Assembly: GCF_006345805.1 (NCBI RefSeq)
Contig: NC_043004.1
Span: 2,294,001-2,358,000, forward strand
Origin: Octopus sinensis
Lineage: Eukaryota
Direction of reading: 5' to 3'
DNA: 64,000 bases
The notes beneath the pieces are model-generated. The model saw only the letters and a list, made by a program, of their open reading frames with translations, did not search any database and was not told the DNA's origin. How positions within the stretch are numbered: position 1 is the stretch's first letter; each line of letters begins with the position of its first letter. The position numbers and the translations under genes were made by a program. Positions 12,620 through 25,619 of the stretch are shown one piece after another.

Positions 12620-13120
12620 TACTGATCAGGTGCAACAGACGAGCTACTGAGAGAGGCCAGGGGAACATAAGTTCTACTTTCAAGAGAGACGGGGGATGAA
12701 TGATAGGCAATGATATACATCAGGAAGATTATGGAAAGCCTAGTTCCCAGCTTGAGAACAGAAAGCTGAACCAACCACCAAAATAAACGGATCTGCATAT
12801 TACAAAAGACTCCGTTTTTTCCATCTAGAATAAAGACCCAGTACTGTAATAGTTTGAGTTTCAGAGATCCGCGACTATTCTAAATTCTGCCAAACAGCCT
12901 CAAAAGTACATGAAGTGTAGATATGGAGGTCTTCAAATAATGTCTGGATAAAATTTTATGTGAGATACCATATAAACCTACATCGCAGAAGGAGACAGAA
13001 AGAAGGACAGCTCCGTCCATCTCGCTACTTCACCAGAAGCAATGCAGAAAAGAAACCAATCACAATGAAAGGCGATGCCCCTGCATGCCCTCAGCCTCTG
13101 GCTGAAGCCTACAGATCTAT
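12620..13120 (+). mobile_element. Second CR1/L2-like LINE 3' end (different subfamily)
   Basis: AMIYIRKIMESLVP, ILPNSL, EVFK..LDKIL.EIP; ends in ggcgatgcccctgcatgccctcagcctctggctgaag. Confidence 0.6.
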
Positions 13121-13494
13121 AAAGTAATATGCATTCATATTTCTACTGTCATGCATACTCACACGCATATATCTACGTGTCTATTGTACATATATTTGTA
13201 TGTATGTAAATATGTATGTATATTATAAAGAAGATATAATTTCTATGCGAAAGAAAAGATGGCATTCGACTTGTGCGCCGTTTATTCATATAGTTATTAG
13301 TTGGAAAACATTTTAAATTAAAAATGTTTGAATTTATTTAAGGCGGAGCCGCAGCATTGTATGTGTATGTGAGTCTGTGTGCGTGTGTGGGTCTGTATGC
13401 GTGCATATGTATGTATTCATATATACATAAACATATGTACAGAGAAAGATAAAGACAGAGGGAGTAACTAAATAGATTAATGATTAGACACTAT

Positions 13495-13569
13495 GACAGA
13501 CAGAAAGACAGACACGTAGATAAATAGACAGACAGACAGACAGGCAGGCAGTCAGACAGACAGACAGAC

Positions 13570-13651
<82 letters not shown>
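13495..13651. repeat. (GACA)n/(GATA)n microsatellite
   Basis: Direct observation. Confidence 0.95.
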
Positions 13652-13652
<1 letters not shown>

Positions 13653-14656
13653 AGCTCTTTCAGGACCTAGATATAAACATTGTCTATATTTGAAAAGGCC
13701 ACAGTGTGTATGGTGGAAGAATGTTGTGGAATATACAAGTAATCTGTGAACAACTTTGATAGGCAGGTTTTTTTAAAACCTTTTCTTAGAAATCTTTTAT
13801 CTTAATACGTCTACTTTGCTGATAATATCGACTTTTACTAGCTTGCTTCTTCTTCTTCTTCTTCTTCTTCTTTTCTTTCTTCTTTGCCTCTTCCTCCTCC
13901 TTGTTCTTTTTCTCTTTTCTTCTTTACCAATTTTCTTATCATTGTCATCTTCTCTGTACTCGAGTATTTTTACTTGATTTCTTTTTTTTACTTATTTTCC
14001 ATTTTTACTTATTTGATGAGGTATTTATCCCCTTTCTAGAATTTTATATCTTAAATCATGTATTTTTGCGTTTTATGTTGCTGTTGTTTTCCTTCTTGCT
14101 GATATTGTTGTTGTTGTTGATCTTCTTCTTCTTCTTCTTCTTCTTCAGCTCTGAAGATTTGTTTTTCTTGTAGCTTACATGTGATTCGAGTCTTTTGATC
14201 AAACACCGACACGTTCAGTTTTTTTAAGTTATATTTTACTTTTAATGTTTGTATTTTAAAACTGTGTTCTATATTTTTTCTGTTAAAAGTTTATTTTAAT
14301 CACTTTTCTGATCAATAATCAGTTTAAATTTTAGAACTATTTGGAATGCACTTCAGGTTTTTGTTATTGTTGTTTTCGTTTGTTTGTTTTTTTATTTTTA
14401 CAGTGTTTTTTTGTTTTGTTTTATTTTTTTTTTGTTCAGAATTACTTTCCATTTTTCATTCTTTCTTAGCTTTGCTTCTTTCCATCTTTCTTTCCTATTT
14501 TACACTATACATAATCACATTTTAAATGCACGTTTTCTGTTTCAAAGATCTGAAGTTTCTTTCCCTATTTATTGGAGACGACGCAACGCTACATCATTAA
14601 ACTTCATACTGTTATTTCAGGTTTAATTACTACAGCTTAAACAGTTCAGATTAAAT

Positions 14657-14683
14657 GATGACGACGACGACGACGACGACGAC

Positions 14684-14726
<43 letters not shown>

Positions 14727-14949
14727 ATAAGGCAACAATAAATGAATAAGTATGTGAAAATTAAATATAAAAGCTCTCTTGTGATGGTAACAGTTTTTAG
14801 CTAAGAAGAATCGGTACAACTTTACATAAACTCTTTAAAATTTGAGTAACAAATTTTATTTCAGAATGCATAAGAAAACTAATTAAGATTTATACAGCGA
14901 AAATTAAAAAGTCGAGCCTTCTAATCAAGCCATTATTATTATTATTATA

Positions 14950-15022
<73 letters not shown>

Positions 15023-15120
15023 GTATTAGTATTATTATTATTGTTATTATTATTATTATCATTATTATTATTTTTATTATTGTTGCTGTTGTTATTGATG
15101 TTGTTGTGGTTGTTATTGTT
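14657..15120. repeat. (GAC)n(GAT)n and (TTA)n/(TTG)n trinucleotide arrays
   Basis: Arrays at 14657-14724 and 14932-15120. Confidence 0.9.
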
Positions 15121-16631
15121 AGTAGTCGCAGTCGTTTTAGTACTACTTGTATAGAATCTGTTGTAACTAAGACAAATTTCCTGTTATTGTGTATGTTGTG
15201 TTTGAAACAATTTTATTTTTCGTTGAACGACATTCTGTATACATTAAATTAATCGTAAAAGTTTTGAAAAATAAATATATAAAAAAAGCGATAACAAGTG
15301 TAAAAATAGTAAAATAAAATGAATAAATTCAAAAATATAAATGGCATTATTTTTCTGCAAGTATTTCTTTTAAATTTGTTCCAAATTTCCAACTGTCTAT
15401 GAACTCTCACTCTTTGTGTAAATTTCGTTTTACTGTCTTCGTTGTAGCCTACTTCCTTGAACGCCTGTTCTAAGCTTGCTGCCTGCATCTCACATCTCTG
15501 ACCTCTGCTTATAATCACTCTAGCTTGGCCATTCCAACATGACATTTCTACAAACATCATCTGCATTAATCGATTGTGTAAATGGAAAATATGTGTCAAC
15601 CGTTGGCAGCCAGAAGATCTTTGCTGCTGACAACACCATGACACTACTGGTGCCTATTATCCAGAACCATCTCAGAGACAATAATATCGTACATCGATTC
15701 CAATCACTAAATTAAAAAGCACCATTACGTTTGCTTTGTATTTTTCTTGTTTTAATGGAATATGCTAATGTTTTTATTTATATATTTTTCATTTACTAAA
15801 TTCATTACATAGTTTCTGATTTTCTTTGTAACAAACGATATGTTTTCTAGTCTATAAATGTCCATATAAGGAGACAGTGAAAGTAATGAACGTGTTAGCG
15901 ATTTTGAAAAAATATTTGAAACAAGTGTCTGAATGTTCAGATTTATTCCCAAATATTAAGTTTATTGAAATATCTACTACGTTAATTTATAGTATTTGCG
16001 GTAGATTTAAAATTATCTCTGTATATAGTTTATCAAATTTACTAACATATACATTAGCAGCAAACAAAATTAGCCTAATTTATGTTGACAATAATCAAAA
16101 TTAATCTGTATCGCTAATAAGTCATCTTTATTAGAATAACTATGAATATAAATAACAAGTGATCATTATTAATAATAAACAAACCTGATTTGAGAATAAA
16201 TAGATTCAAGTCGCCATAAAAGCATGAGCAACACCATATTTGGTTAGTTTGCATTTAGAACGTGGCAATCGTGTAAATATGTCTTCTGCAAATAGTATAA
16301 CTCGAATACCACTCCACATATTATAGCTAATAATACATAGAGTTAATAAAACTTTGGAGGGAAAATGGCGGAAACTAGCTGCAGGGCTCAAACCACATAA
16401 ATCCTGTAGCTTTGACTAGTGTTTCTATTTCACTACAATAGTTTCCCATTTTCATATATCCAAGTAAAGAAGGAACTTTGTTTTCTGTTAGAATATGGAA
16501 ACAGTTGCATAGTTCTAGTTTCCAAGGTATCTTGTTTTACCTTCTTTTATTCACGGATTTATTTTTATTATCTATATCAGGACCAGCAACTAAAAATCAT
16601 CATTTATAGATGACTCACTCTTTTTAAGCTA

Positions 16632-16836
16632 AGGCGGCGAGCTGGCAGAAACGTTAGCACGCCGCGCGAAATGAATAGCAGTATTTCGTCTGTCTTTACT
16701 TTCTGAGTTCAAGTTCCGCTGAGGTCGACTTTGCCTTTCAGGGTCGATAAATTAAGTACCAGTTGTGTATGGGGTCGATCTAATCGACTATCCCCTTCTC
16801 CAAAAATTTTGGGACTTGTGCCTAGAATAGAAGAGA
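16632..16836 (+). mobile_element. SINE family A (monomer)
   Basis: ggcggcgagctggcagaaacgttagcac head through cttgtgcctagaatagaagaga tail. Confidence 0.9.
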
Positions 16837-16967
16837 TTATTTTTGAGGTAATTTTGAAACAGAGAGCTCTAAGAAGCTACATAGAATAACTTATACGGTG
16901 AGGCCAAACTAAACGTTAGTCTTCGGCTAATACTCCCTGTGTTATAAATGTTAGGGGTAACAACATA

Positions 16968-17359
16968 TATTGGTTTCAACTTTTGACACAAGACCAGCAA
17001 TTTCGGGAAGGGTCTAAATCGATTACACCAACCCCAGTGCACAGCTGGTATATATATATTATCGGGCCCGAATGGATGAAGGTTGACCTCGACCGAATTT
17101 CGACTCAGGAAATATACACGAACGAAATACCAATTTCTATTTGTTTACTACCCACAAGGGGCTAAACACAGAGAGGACAAACAAGGACAGACAAACGGAT
17201 TAAGTCTATTACATCGACCCCAGTGCGTAACTGGTACTTAATTTATCGACCCCGAAAGGATGAAAGGCAAAGTCGACCTCGGCGGAATTTAAACTCAGAA
17301 CGTAACGGCAGACGAAAAACCGCTTAGCATTTCGCCCGGCGTGCTAACATTTCTGCCAG
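16968..17359 (-). mobile_element. SINE family A, dimeric form
   Basis: Monomer + ~70-bp linker + second headless monomer, same layout as 24760-25151. Confidence 0.8.
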
Positions 17360-17420
17360 GACTCTACGCTCTGAAATCATATTAGATATTAAACAATAAG
17401 CTATATTAAAATTAATTCTA

Positions 17421-17632
17421 GGGTGGCGAGCTGGCAGAGTATCACTATAACGGGTAAAATGCTACGCGGTATTTTGTGTGTCCTTATGTCTCGCGTTCAA
17501 ATTCCCCCTACGTCGACATTAACTTTTATCCCTTCGGGGTCGATAAAATAGGTACCAGTCGAGCAGTGAGGATCAGGGTAATCTACTTACCCTTCCGCCG
17601 AACCTGCTAGCCTTATTTAAAAATTTGAAGCC
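17421..17632 (+). mobile_element. SINE family A (older copy)
   Basis: gggtggcgagctggcagag...gttcaaattcc...cggggtcgataaaataggtacc. Confidence 0.8.
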
Positions 17633-17708
17633 AATAATAAATATCATATTATGCAGAAAATATGTAATGAAGGTCAATATTTAGGTGTATTATTGTTTTT
17701 TGCTTTAA

Positions 17709-18100
17709 TCTCTCTATGTATAAAGCTGAAGTTGTCTGTGTATGGCAGGTTTGGTAGCCTTCAACTAACCCTATCTCCTCCGAGCCCCTGCGACGCAAGT
17801 TGACCGAAATTGAAAGTACGATAGACAAAGGCTTTCTCTTCATTCCGTAGCAGATAAAATTCAAATCAGACCATGTTAACACCAAAAATTATTTACATCA
17901 AAAAGGTGCTTTTTTCCTATAAAAATCCTTATCTTTTACGATTTTTTGACTGCTGTGTCGCCATTTTTCGGTGTATTTGAACCAGAAAAATGTTCACTTA
18001 AAGAGAATAACAAGCTATATAATGCAAAATTTTTACTTTTCAAAAATTTCAATTCTAAAGGGTCGAAACAAACCCGAGCAACGCCGGGCGATACTGTTTG
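17709..18100 (+). mobile_element. Non-autonomous Helitron (different body, same 3' end)
   Basis: Starts tctctctatgtataaagctgaagttgt; ends aaacccgagcaacgccgggcgatactgtttg (decayed CTAG). Confidence 0.7.
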
Positions 18101-19404
18101 TAAAAAATAAAATGTAATCTACGTTGAGAATAAATCAGAAATATATCCAGAATACCATATAAACAGTCTTGTTACTAATGCATTTGTCTGCTCTGTTATG
18201 TTGTGCTACCAAACTGAATGTATGTTCATCGACTGACAATCAATGTCATTTCCTAATTTATTTCAACAATGTCTGTTGACGATAGATTTGTTGCCATTTT
18301 ACATAAGTAAATTTTATTGATATTGATAAGCTATTTAAATGCTAATTCAAGAAAATTTGTTTTGAACTAATTAATCATGATCTATGGTCTCATTAATTTT
18401 GTGTGTAATAAATATTACTGGAACTAATTTGTGTTAAGAACGACAATAACAACAAAAGCAAATATAAACTAATGAGCTTTTACAGAGTGAAACCCACCCC
18501 TCATTTCTTAGATTAGACGCTTAGTTTCCAATTTGATTGCACCATCACAAGATTTGATGAGTTTCCCCCACCCCCATCTTGACTAAGGGGTTCTCAGGGT
18601 TTGGTTGTGTTTCCCAAACTCTTCCTTCTTTATATCACCACTCCGACAGTTTCCCACTCTTGTGTGATCCTTCGTTCCTCCCTAACTTACCCTAAGGTCA
18701 CGCTTTACCCATATGCAATCTTGATGCTTCACGCAATAACTTTGATTCCCAAAACTGAAAAACTAAAACCTCACCCAAAAAAATTCCCCTTTCACAACCC
18801 CTAAGTGAGAGCAAACCAGTCATATCTCTTTTAGCAATGAAAATCATTCAAAGACTTCTTTCAAGGAACCCCCACTCTATCGCACTCGACAAAACATGAG
18901 CGACACTCAACTTCAGCTTTTACAGTTACTCCAAATTCTAAACCTCATTCTGCGAGCTGCCAGATTTCATAGCATATCGGGCAAAAATGCGTGGCCGCAT
19001 TGCGTCTAGGTCCAAATTCTGCCTTAGTCGACTTTTCCTAAAACCCTTTCGGGGTCCATAATTAAAATTGCTAATTGAGCACTGGGGTCAATATAATCGA
19101 CTTAGCCTCTGCCCTCGAACTTGACGATCTTGTGTGGAAATTTTAAAACCTTATTACTATCTCTTAGTTTATGCAAATCAACACAGCCAGAATTATCTAT
19201 CCTAGCAAAAGCGCCTTGTTAGCATTGCTAGGACCGCAACACAAGGACTTCTCTTCAGCGTCAGAAAGTATATTTTGAAAGATTTCCATGCGAAACATAT
19301 TCGAAGTATCGGATGATTTTGTTTTACCAAAACTTCTCCAAATCGTGAATTCATTGCTCTCCACTGGATCGAGCGCTGTTGAAGTCGTACTGCTGGTCAC
19401 TGAT

Positions 19405-19432
19405 AGCCAGATAGATAGATAGGTAGAGAGAT

Positions 19433-19469
<37 letters not shown>

Positions 19470-19482
19470 CAGTCAGACAGAC

Positions 19483-19579
<97 letters not shown>

Positions 19580-19612
19580 CACAGATAGATAGAGCGAGAG
19601 AGAAAAAAAAGA
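19405..19612. repeat. (GA)n/(GATA)n microsatellite
   Basis: Direct observation. Confidence 0.95.
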
Positions 19613-20029
19613 GAAAGAGAGGTTTATGTTGCTGGAGAACATTAGTTAAATGCTCTCTCATTTATCTTTAAGGTGTCAGAGAAGAGAGAAAGACGGGGAT
19701 GACTGGTGGCTTCAAAAGGATTGGGTTTACTGAAATGGGACACACTCATGTTTAGGAAGGCAAATGTCATGGGTTCGATCCCCCAGTTGGACATTTTTCT
19801 ATATCATTCGGGCAGCGGATTGATGTAATCGTTAGGTCGTCGGAGAGACTCTCTTGTGGAGTGAGTTATGGCTCTTTATGTTCTGAGTTCAAATCCGGCT
19901 GAGATCATCAAGACGATAAAGAAAAGATCCAGTTAAGTGTTTGGACAATCTCATCAGACAAAAGCCCTTGGCCGAGAATTACTGGCCTTGTGACTAAATC
20001 AGATAAAAAAAACAACAGCAGAAATAATA

Positions 20030-20487
20030 ATAGTATCAAATTTTGACACAATGCCAGAAATTTCGGGGGCAGAGGGTTTGTCGATTAGATCGAAATCAAG
20101 TCCTTAGCTGATACTTAATTCATCAACACCCAAATGATGAAAGGTAAAGTCGACCTCGGTGGAAGTTGAACTCAGAACGTAAAGACGGACGAAATGTCAC
20201 TTGGCATTTACCCTGCGTGCTTACGATCTTGCCTGCTCGCTGCCTTATCAACGACAACAACAATAATAATAATAATCCTTTCTACTATAGGCACACGGCC
20301 AGACATTTTGGAGGAGGGTAATAGCTCATTACATCGACCTCAGTGCTCCACTGGTACTTATTTTCTCGATCCCAAAAGGACGAAAGGCAAAGTCGACCTC
20401 GGTGGAATTTGAACCCAGAACCTAAAGACGCACGAAATGCCGTTACGTTCTTTGCCCAGCGTGATAATGATTCTGCCCGCTCGCCGC
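20030..20487 (-). mobile_element. Two tandem SINE family A copies (20030-20245, 20275-20487)
   Basis: aaagtcgacctcggtggaa..tgaac.cagaac occurs twice. Confidence 0.8.
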
Positions 20488-20547
20488 ATTAAAAACAGCA
20501 ACAACCACAATAGTAATAGTGTAAAAGGGTATTCGCCGCCATGAATA

Positions 20548-20548
20548 G

Positions 20549-20587
<39 letters not shown>

Positions 20588-20603
20588 CAATGATAACAAC
20601 AAC

Positions 20604-20646
<43 letters not shown>

Positions 20647-20861
20647 TACATAATAATAACATACATAATAATAATATAACAAAAAGAAAATTGCATTACT
20701 AGGCACTGCACACATCCTACGCAGAACACTTTCCATACAATAACCATCAGAGCATCACAACAAATCACAGCACATACCTAAGGCACACAGAGCTGCGCTC
20801 GGTAGTGAAGTGAAAGCACGCTATAAAAATAAAACTACTGAATAATAATAATATAATAATA

Positions 20862-20937
<76 letters not shown>

Positions 20938-20948
20938 AATAATGATAA

Positions 20949-21012
<64 letters not shown>

Positions 21013-21017
21013 TAATA
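20548..21017. repeat. (AAT)n arrays flanking an R4/Dong fragment
   Basis: Direct observation. Confidence 0.95.
20680..20840 (+). mobile_element. R4/Dong-clade non-LTR retrotransposon 3' end
   Basis: KIALLGTAHILRRTLSIQ*, a typical R4/Dong C-terminus, then a short 3' UTR running into (AAT)n. Confidence 0.8.
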
Positions 21018-21929
21018 CTAAGGGATCGTTTTCTGTATACATGCTAGTCAACCCTTTATTACTGAATTCTATTTTTGTTAGTTTCGTTTGTAAGATGAGA
21101 ACCATGAAATTGGTTCGAAGGACGTTTGGTTGTCTCAACACGTTTACCGACAATTCACTCCACAGGTGATCTTAGTTTTAGAGAAAGTTCAACGGCACAT
21201 TAACGTTCTGGCCACGTCTCGACTCCCCGTAGCCTTTGTGTCAAGTTTATAAACGGTTGTGTCTGGCGGAAACAATTGCTGCTTAAGCTACTTAAAGTGG
21301 AAATACAATGAACGAATAACGGACTGACCGCAATCAGTAAATATAAATAGCTACGAAATGTCTTTTTGTTTATTTATTTAATTATTTATTTAATCTGATA
21401 GCTCTGAATTAGATAATGTGTTAATGTAAATCTAAGATTAGTCTATTTTGGCATATGAAAGGACCAACAGATGATATCGGATGAATGAAGTGAGACAGAA
21501 GAGAAGAACTTAATTCATCGCATTTAATAAAATGTATTTATTCAGCAGGAAAATGTGACGAACTATATTTGACATGGAAATATAATATAACAAAAATTAT
21601 ATGTTTGCAAAAATTACACATGACAAATATATGTCAACAGATAGGTACAAGCACGCATGCGCGCTTGTGCGTCTGTTCAGGTATCAAGGTTGGCATTACG
21701 CAACTGTACATTTAAAAGAAAGCAGTTTAGAAAATATATAGAAGCTAGCATAGTGTCGTTTGTAATCTTCTCGTCCAATGTGTAGCCTTTGTACATAATG
21801 TTACAAAGGAACCCAATCTGTAAAGGGGTAGCTGGTTGTTGCTGTTACATTGAGGAAATATGGTGGAGTGTCATTTATAGATCACCTGAGTTTTCATGAT
21901 GTCAAGCCAATTTTTTTTTATATGCTCTA

Positions 21930-22200
21930 ATGGCTGTCAAAACGATGGCTTGTTGAACTTCCGGAGTGTGAGCTAATAGCGCGCAATTTTTAGCGTATTA
22001 CAGTTCAATGGACTATTCAGATCTCACTTTCGAAGTTGAAAAAGTTCCTGTTGTATTGGAAGTTCTTCAAAGCTCACGCTTACGTCTGCATATTCTGCGG
22101 ATCAGTGTGGTTACACAGACCAAGAAGATATTAAACAGAACACATGCCAATATGTCGCCTTGCCTAACTCCCATGTTTCCAATTGAACAACTCAGGCTTT
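21930..22200 (-). mobile_element. RTE-like LINE RT fragment (degraded)
   Basis: Minus strand GVRQGDILACVLFNIFL ... SIEL*YAKNCALLAH (YADD region). Confidence 0.7.
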
Positions 22201-22275
22201 TACCCAAGATCTCAAAGAATCATCTCAGTCTTTGGAGAGACATTTCCATAGAAGCCAATTCGAACTGAGGCAGTG

Positions 22276-22860
22276 TACGAGTTCTGGCTTTAAAAAAAGG
22301 TTGTCTGATCTGTTCCTATGATGACAGAACTAAATTACGCAGCGAGAAGCCGCTTGGCACAGAACTCTATGGAATATCTGTATTAAGTTATAACGTTTTC
22401 GCTCATTCCCGTTATTTATAGCAGTACTTGGAAGTAAAGTTTACAGAGTGTGGTCGTCTCAAAAGGGAGATCATGTTTTAACTCCGCAGGATTTCTTTAA
22501 TTGTGCCGAAGAAGACTAAAACGTTTTTAAACCTTTTGAAAACGGTCATAACAAGTTTCAAGTCGTGCGTCTATAGCTATGACGCCCGAAACCAAAGCTC
22601 AGTCTTTGCAGTGGAAGACCACTAAAAGATTTCGAGCCGTCCAGGAAATTCAAGAAAATGCGGGGAGGCATCTACTCGCTAACGTAAAGAAGAAGTTCCA
22701 GGAATACTTCTATTAATGGAAAGGACGCTGGATAAAATGCATGGCTTCAGAAGGTGATTACATCAAAGAAGATTAAATGATGAATTGATATGTGTTGCAG
22801 TTTTATTTTTATAGCACCAGATCCGTAATTTTTGATGAAACTTCGGACATTTTCAAGGCG
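22276..22860 (+). mobile_element. Mariner (Tc1/mariner) internal-deletion derivative
   Basis: LKTVITS..VYSYD/PETKAQSLQWK joined to RFRAVQEIQENA..FQEYFY*WKGRWIKCMASEGDY; begins tacgag, TIR-like. Confidence 0.75.
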
Positions 22861-22949
22861 GAAAATAAAACGGCAAAACAAAATCCTTCATCAGTTTTGG
22901 TACAAGCTGTTATAAGTTGTAAAGTAAGAAAAATATCGCTAATATTTTT

Positions 22950-23169
22950 TTTATTTCTTTATTGCCCACAAGGGCTAAAAACAGAGGGGACAAACAAGGA
23001 CAGACAAAGGGATTAAGTCGATTACATTGACCTCAGTGCATAAGTGATACTTAATTTATCGACCTCGAATGCTGAAAAGCAAAGTCGACCTCGGCGGAAT
23101 TTGAACTCTGAACGTAAAGACAGACGAAATACCGCTAGGCATTCCGCCCGGCGTGCTAACGTTTCTACC
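22950..23169 (-). mobile_element. SINE family A with linker
   Basis: Reverse complement of the 2834 copy. Confidence 0.88.
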
Positions 23170-23184
23170 AATATACTAAAGTGT

Positions 23185-23432
23185 TGGCGTGTGGATTAGG
23201 GGTTCGGGTGTTGGACTCATGACCGTAAGATTGTGATTTCGATTCCCGGAGCGGGCGACGAGTTCTGTCGTTGAGCAAAACACCCCATTTCACGTTGCGC
23301 CAGTCCACTCAGCTGGTAAACATAGGTAAATCCTGCAACAGATCGGCGTCCGTCCATGTGTGGAATATATACGCCACTGAAACAGGAATGCGACCCTCTT
23401 GAGTCTGGCATGGCTCGAGAAGGAGACGTTTA
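23185..23432 (+). mobile_element. tRNA-derived SINE (body shared with 28989 copy, tail shared with 61580 copy)
   Basis: tttcgattcccgga B-box-like; ttgagcaaaacacc..atttcacgttgc; ends gagtctggcatggctcgagaagga. Confidence 0.75.
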
Positions 23433-23828
23433 TTATTTTGTATACTAAATGTTTATTGTTAGACGAGCAGCTATAACAGAACAGCTCTGCAAGCGTACAG
23501 AAAGATGATATATCTAAAAATCATTACTAACCAAGATTCCCCGTAAGATGTATAAACAGGTTGTTTACCGATCCAAGGAGATGATTATTTCTGATATGTT
23601 CATGAAAGCTACTAAGTTTCCAGAAAGATCCAATATCTGGAAGTAACTATCTTTTGACTTGATCAGATTTTTGCTTGATATATGTGGGTGCGTGTGTATA
23701 TGTGTATGTGTGTGTGTGCGTGCGTGGGTGTATGTATAGATATATATGTATATATGTATAAGTGTGTATATACGTATACAATATATATATGTGTGTATAT
23801 ATATGCGTGTTTTTGTATTTATGTATAT

Positions 23829-23898
<70 letters not shown>

Positions 23899-23982
23899 GA
23901 ACAATAATTAAGGGCTGCTTAACCATATACCGAACATTTTAGAAATAGCAGCCAAAAGACCGTTATTATATATATCTATATC

Positions 23983-24034
<52 letters not shown>

Positions 24035-24759
24035 TGTATATGTACATACGCATATATGTATGTGTGTAGGCGTGTGAGTGTGCGTGTGTGCGTGTGTATG
24101 CGTGTTTGTATGTGTTTATAGCAGGTTGCGTTTTTTAGGATTTTAACTGATAATTTGTGGCATCTTGTATCTTCATGTTATTTCAGGAATTTAATGCAAC
24201 TTGTCCAATCGTTGCTTCATTGTCTTTCCTTTATTTTCATATAAAACATTAATTGTTTATTCGTATTTTACAGCTTTGATAGTGAGTGTTGGAAACCTTA
24301 CAATTAGAGCCATTTTACGCTAGACTTGGGGAAAATGAATGAGTGTGTGATACAAAACTGATTTAGACATTTTAAGGAAGGTGACATAAGTCTCTAAGAC
24401 AAACCAATGTCAGCGAATCTTGTTGTAGATGAGACCTTGATAGAAATGGTTGAATAACAGCCAAGCACAAAGTTATCTACATTATCGGCAGGACTTTATC
24501 CTTCGCAAATGGTTTACAAGTACCAGTCACCTACTGTGATTAACAGTCAATATATTATCGATATTTCTAACAAAATATATGACATACGGTAAAATATTGT
24601 TGATATGTTCTATTTGTTAATATTTGAAATACTTAAAATGATGCAATGACAAAAATCGCAAAGCGTCTAAAGTTTTAAACTTTCTATTGTTCTGGTTTCT
24701 TATGCAATATTCTACTTATTGTTTAATATTTAATATGATTTCAGAGTGATTTCAGAGTC

Positions 24760-25151
24760 CTGGCAGAAACGTTAGCGTGCCGGGTGAAATGCTTAGCGGT
24801 ATTTCGTCTGCCGCTACGTTCTGAGTTCAACTTCCGCCGAGGTCGACTTTGCCTTTCATCCTTTCAGGGTCGATAAATTAAGTACCAGTTACGCATTGGG
24901 GTCGATATAATCGACTTAATACGTTTGTCTGTCCTTGTTTGTCCCCTCTGTGTGTAGCCCCTTGTGGGCAGTAAAGAAATAGGTATTTCGTCTGTCTCTA
25001 TGTTCTGAGTTCAAATTTCGCCGAGGTCATCTTAACCTTTCATCATTTCGGGGTCGATAAATAAAGTACCAGTTGCGCCGTGGGGTCGATCTAATCGTCG
25101 ACTGGCCCCCTTCCCCAAAATTTCGGGCCTTGTCCCTAGAGTAGAAAAGAA
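24760..25151 (+). mobile_element. SINE family A, dimeric form
   Basis: Monomer + linker + repeated gtatttcgtctg...gtaccagttg...cctagagtagaaaaga. Confidence 0.9.
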
Positions 25152-25568
25152 TATTCTACATATAAGTTACATTTTAATAAATTCATCTGCGCAGCACCTT
25201 AAAAATAGCTTGGAATTGTTATTAGAGAGTTGGATGTCAGGTGTTAAATGTAGTTGTTAAAGAAGAAGTCATGAGTTCAAACCTTGAGTAAGCCAAATAT
25301 ATATATATGTTTTTTAAATGAATGGTAAATAATAAGAAATATCGTATATTACATACCGTACTGAATACAATGGGGACATGAAGAGAACAAGGGTGAAAAA
25401 CGGGCGAAATTGTGTGACTAAAGAATTTAGATGAGCAGAGTAGATTGAATAAATAATCGTTATATTAATCAATAATACAGACATATACATACATGTATGT
25501 AAATACACACATACACACACACACACATATGTTTATATATATAAATACATATACATACACACACACAT

Positions 25569-25619
<51 letters not shown>

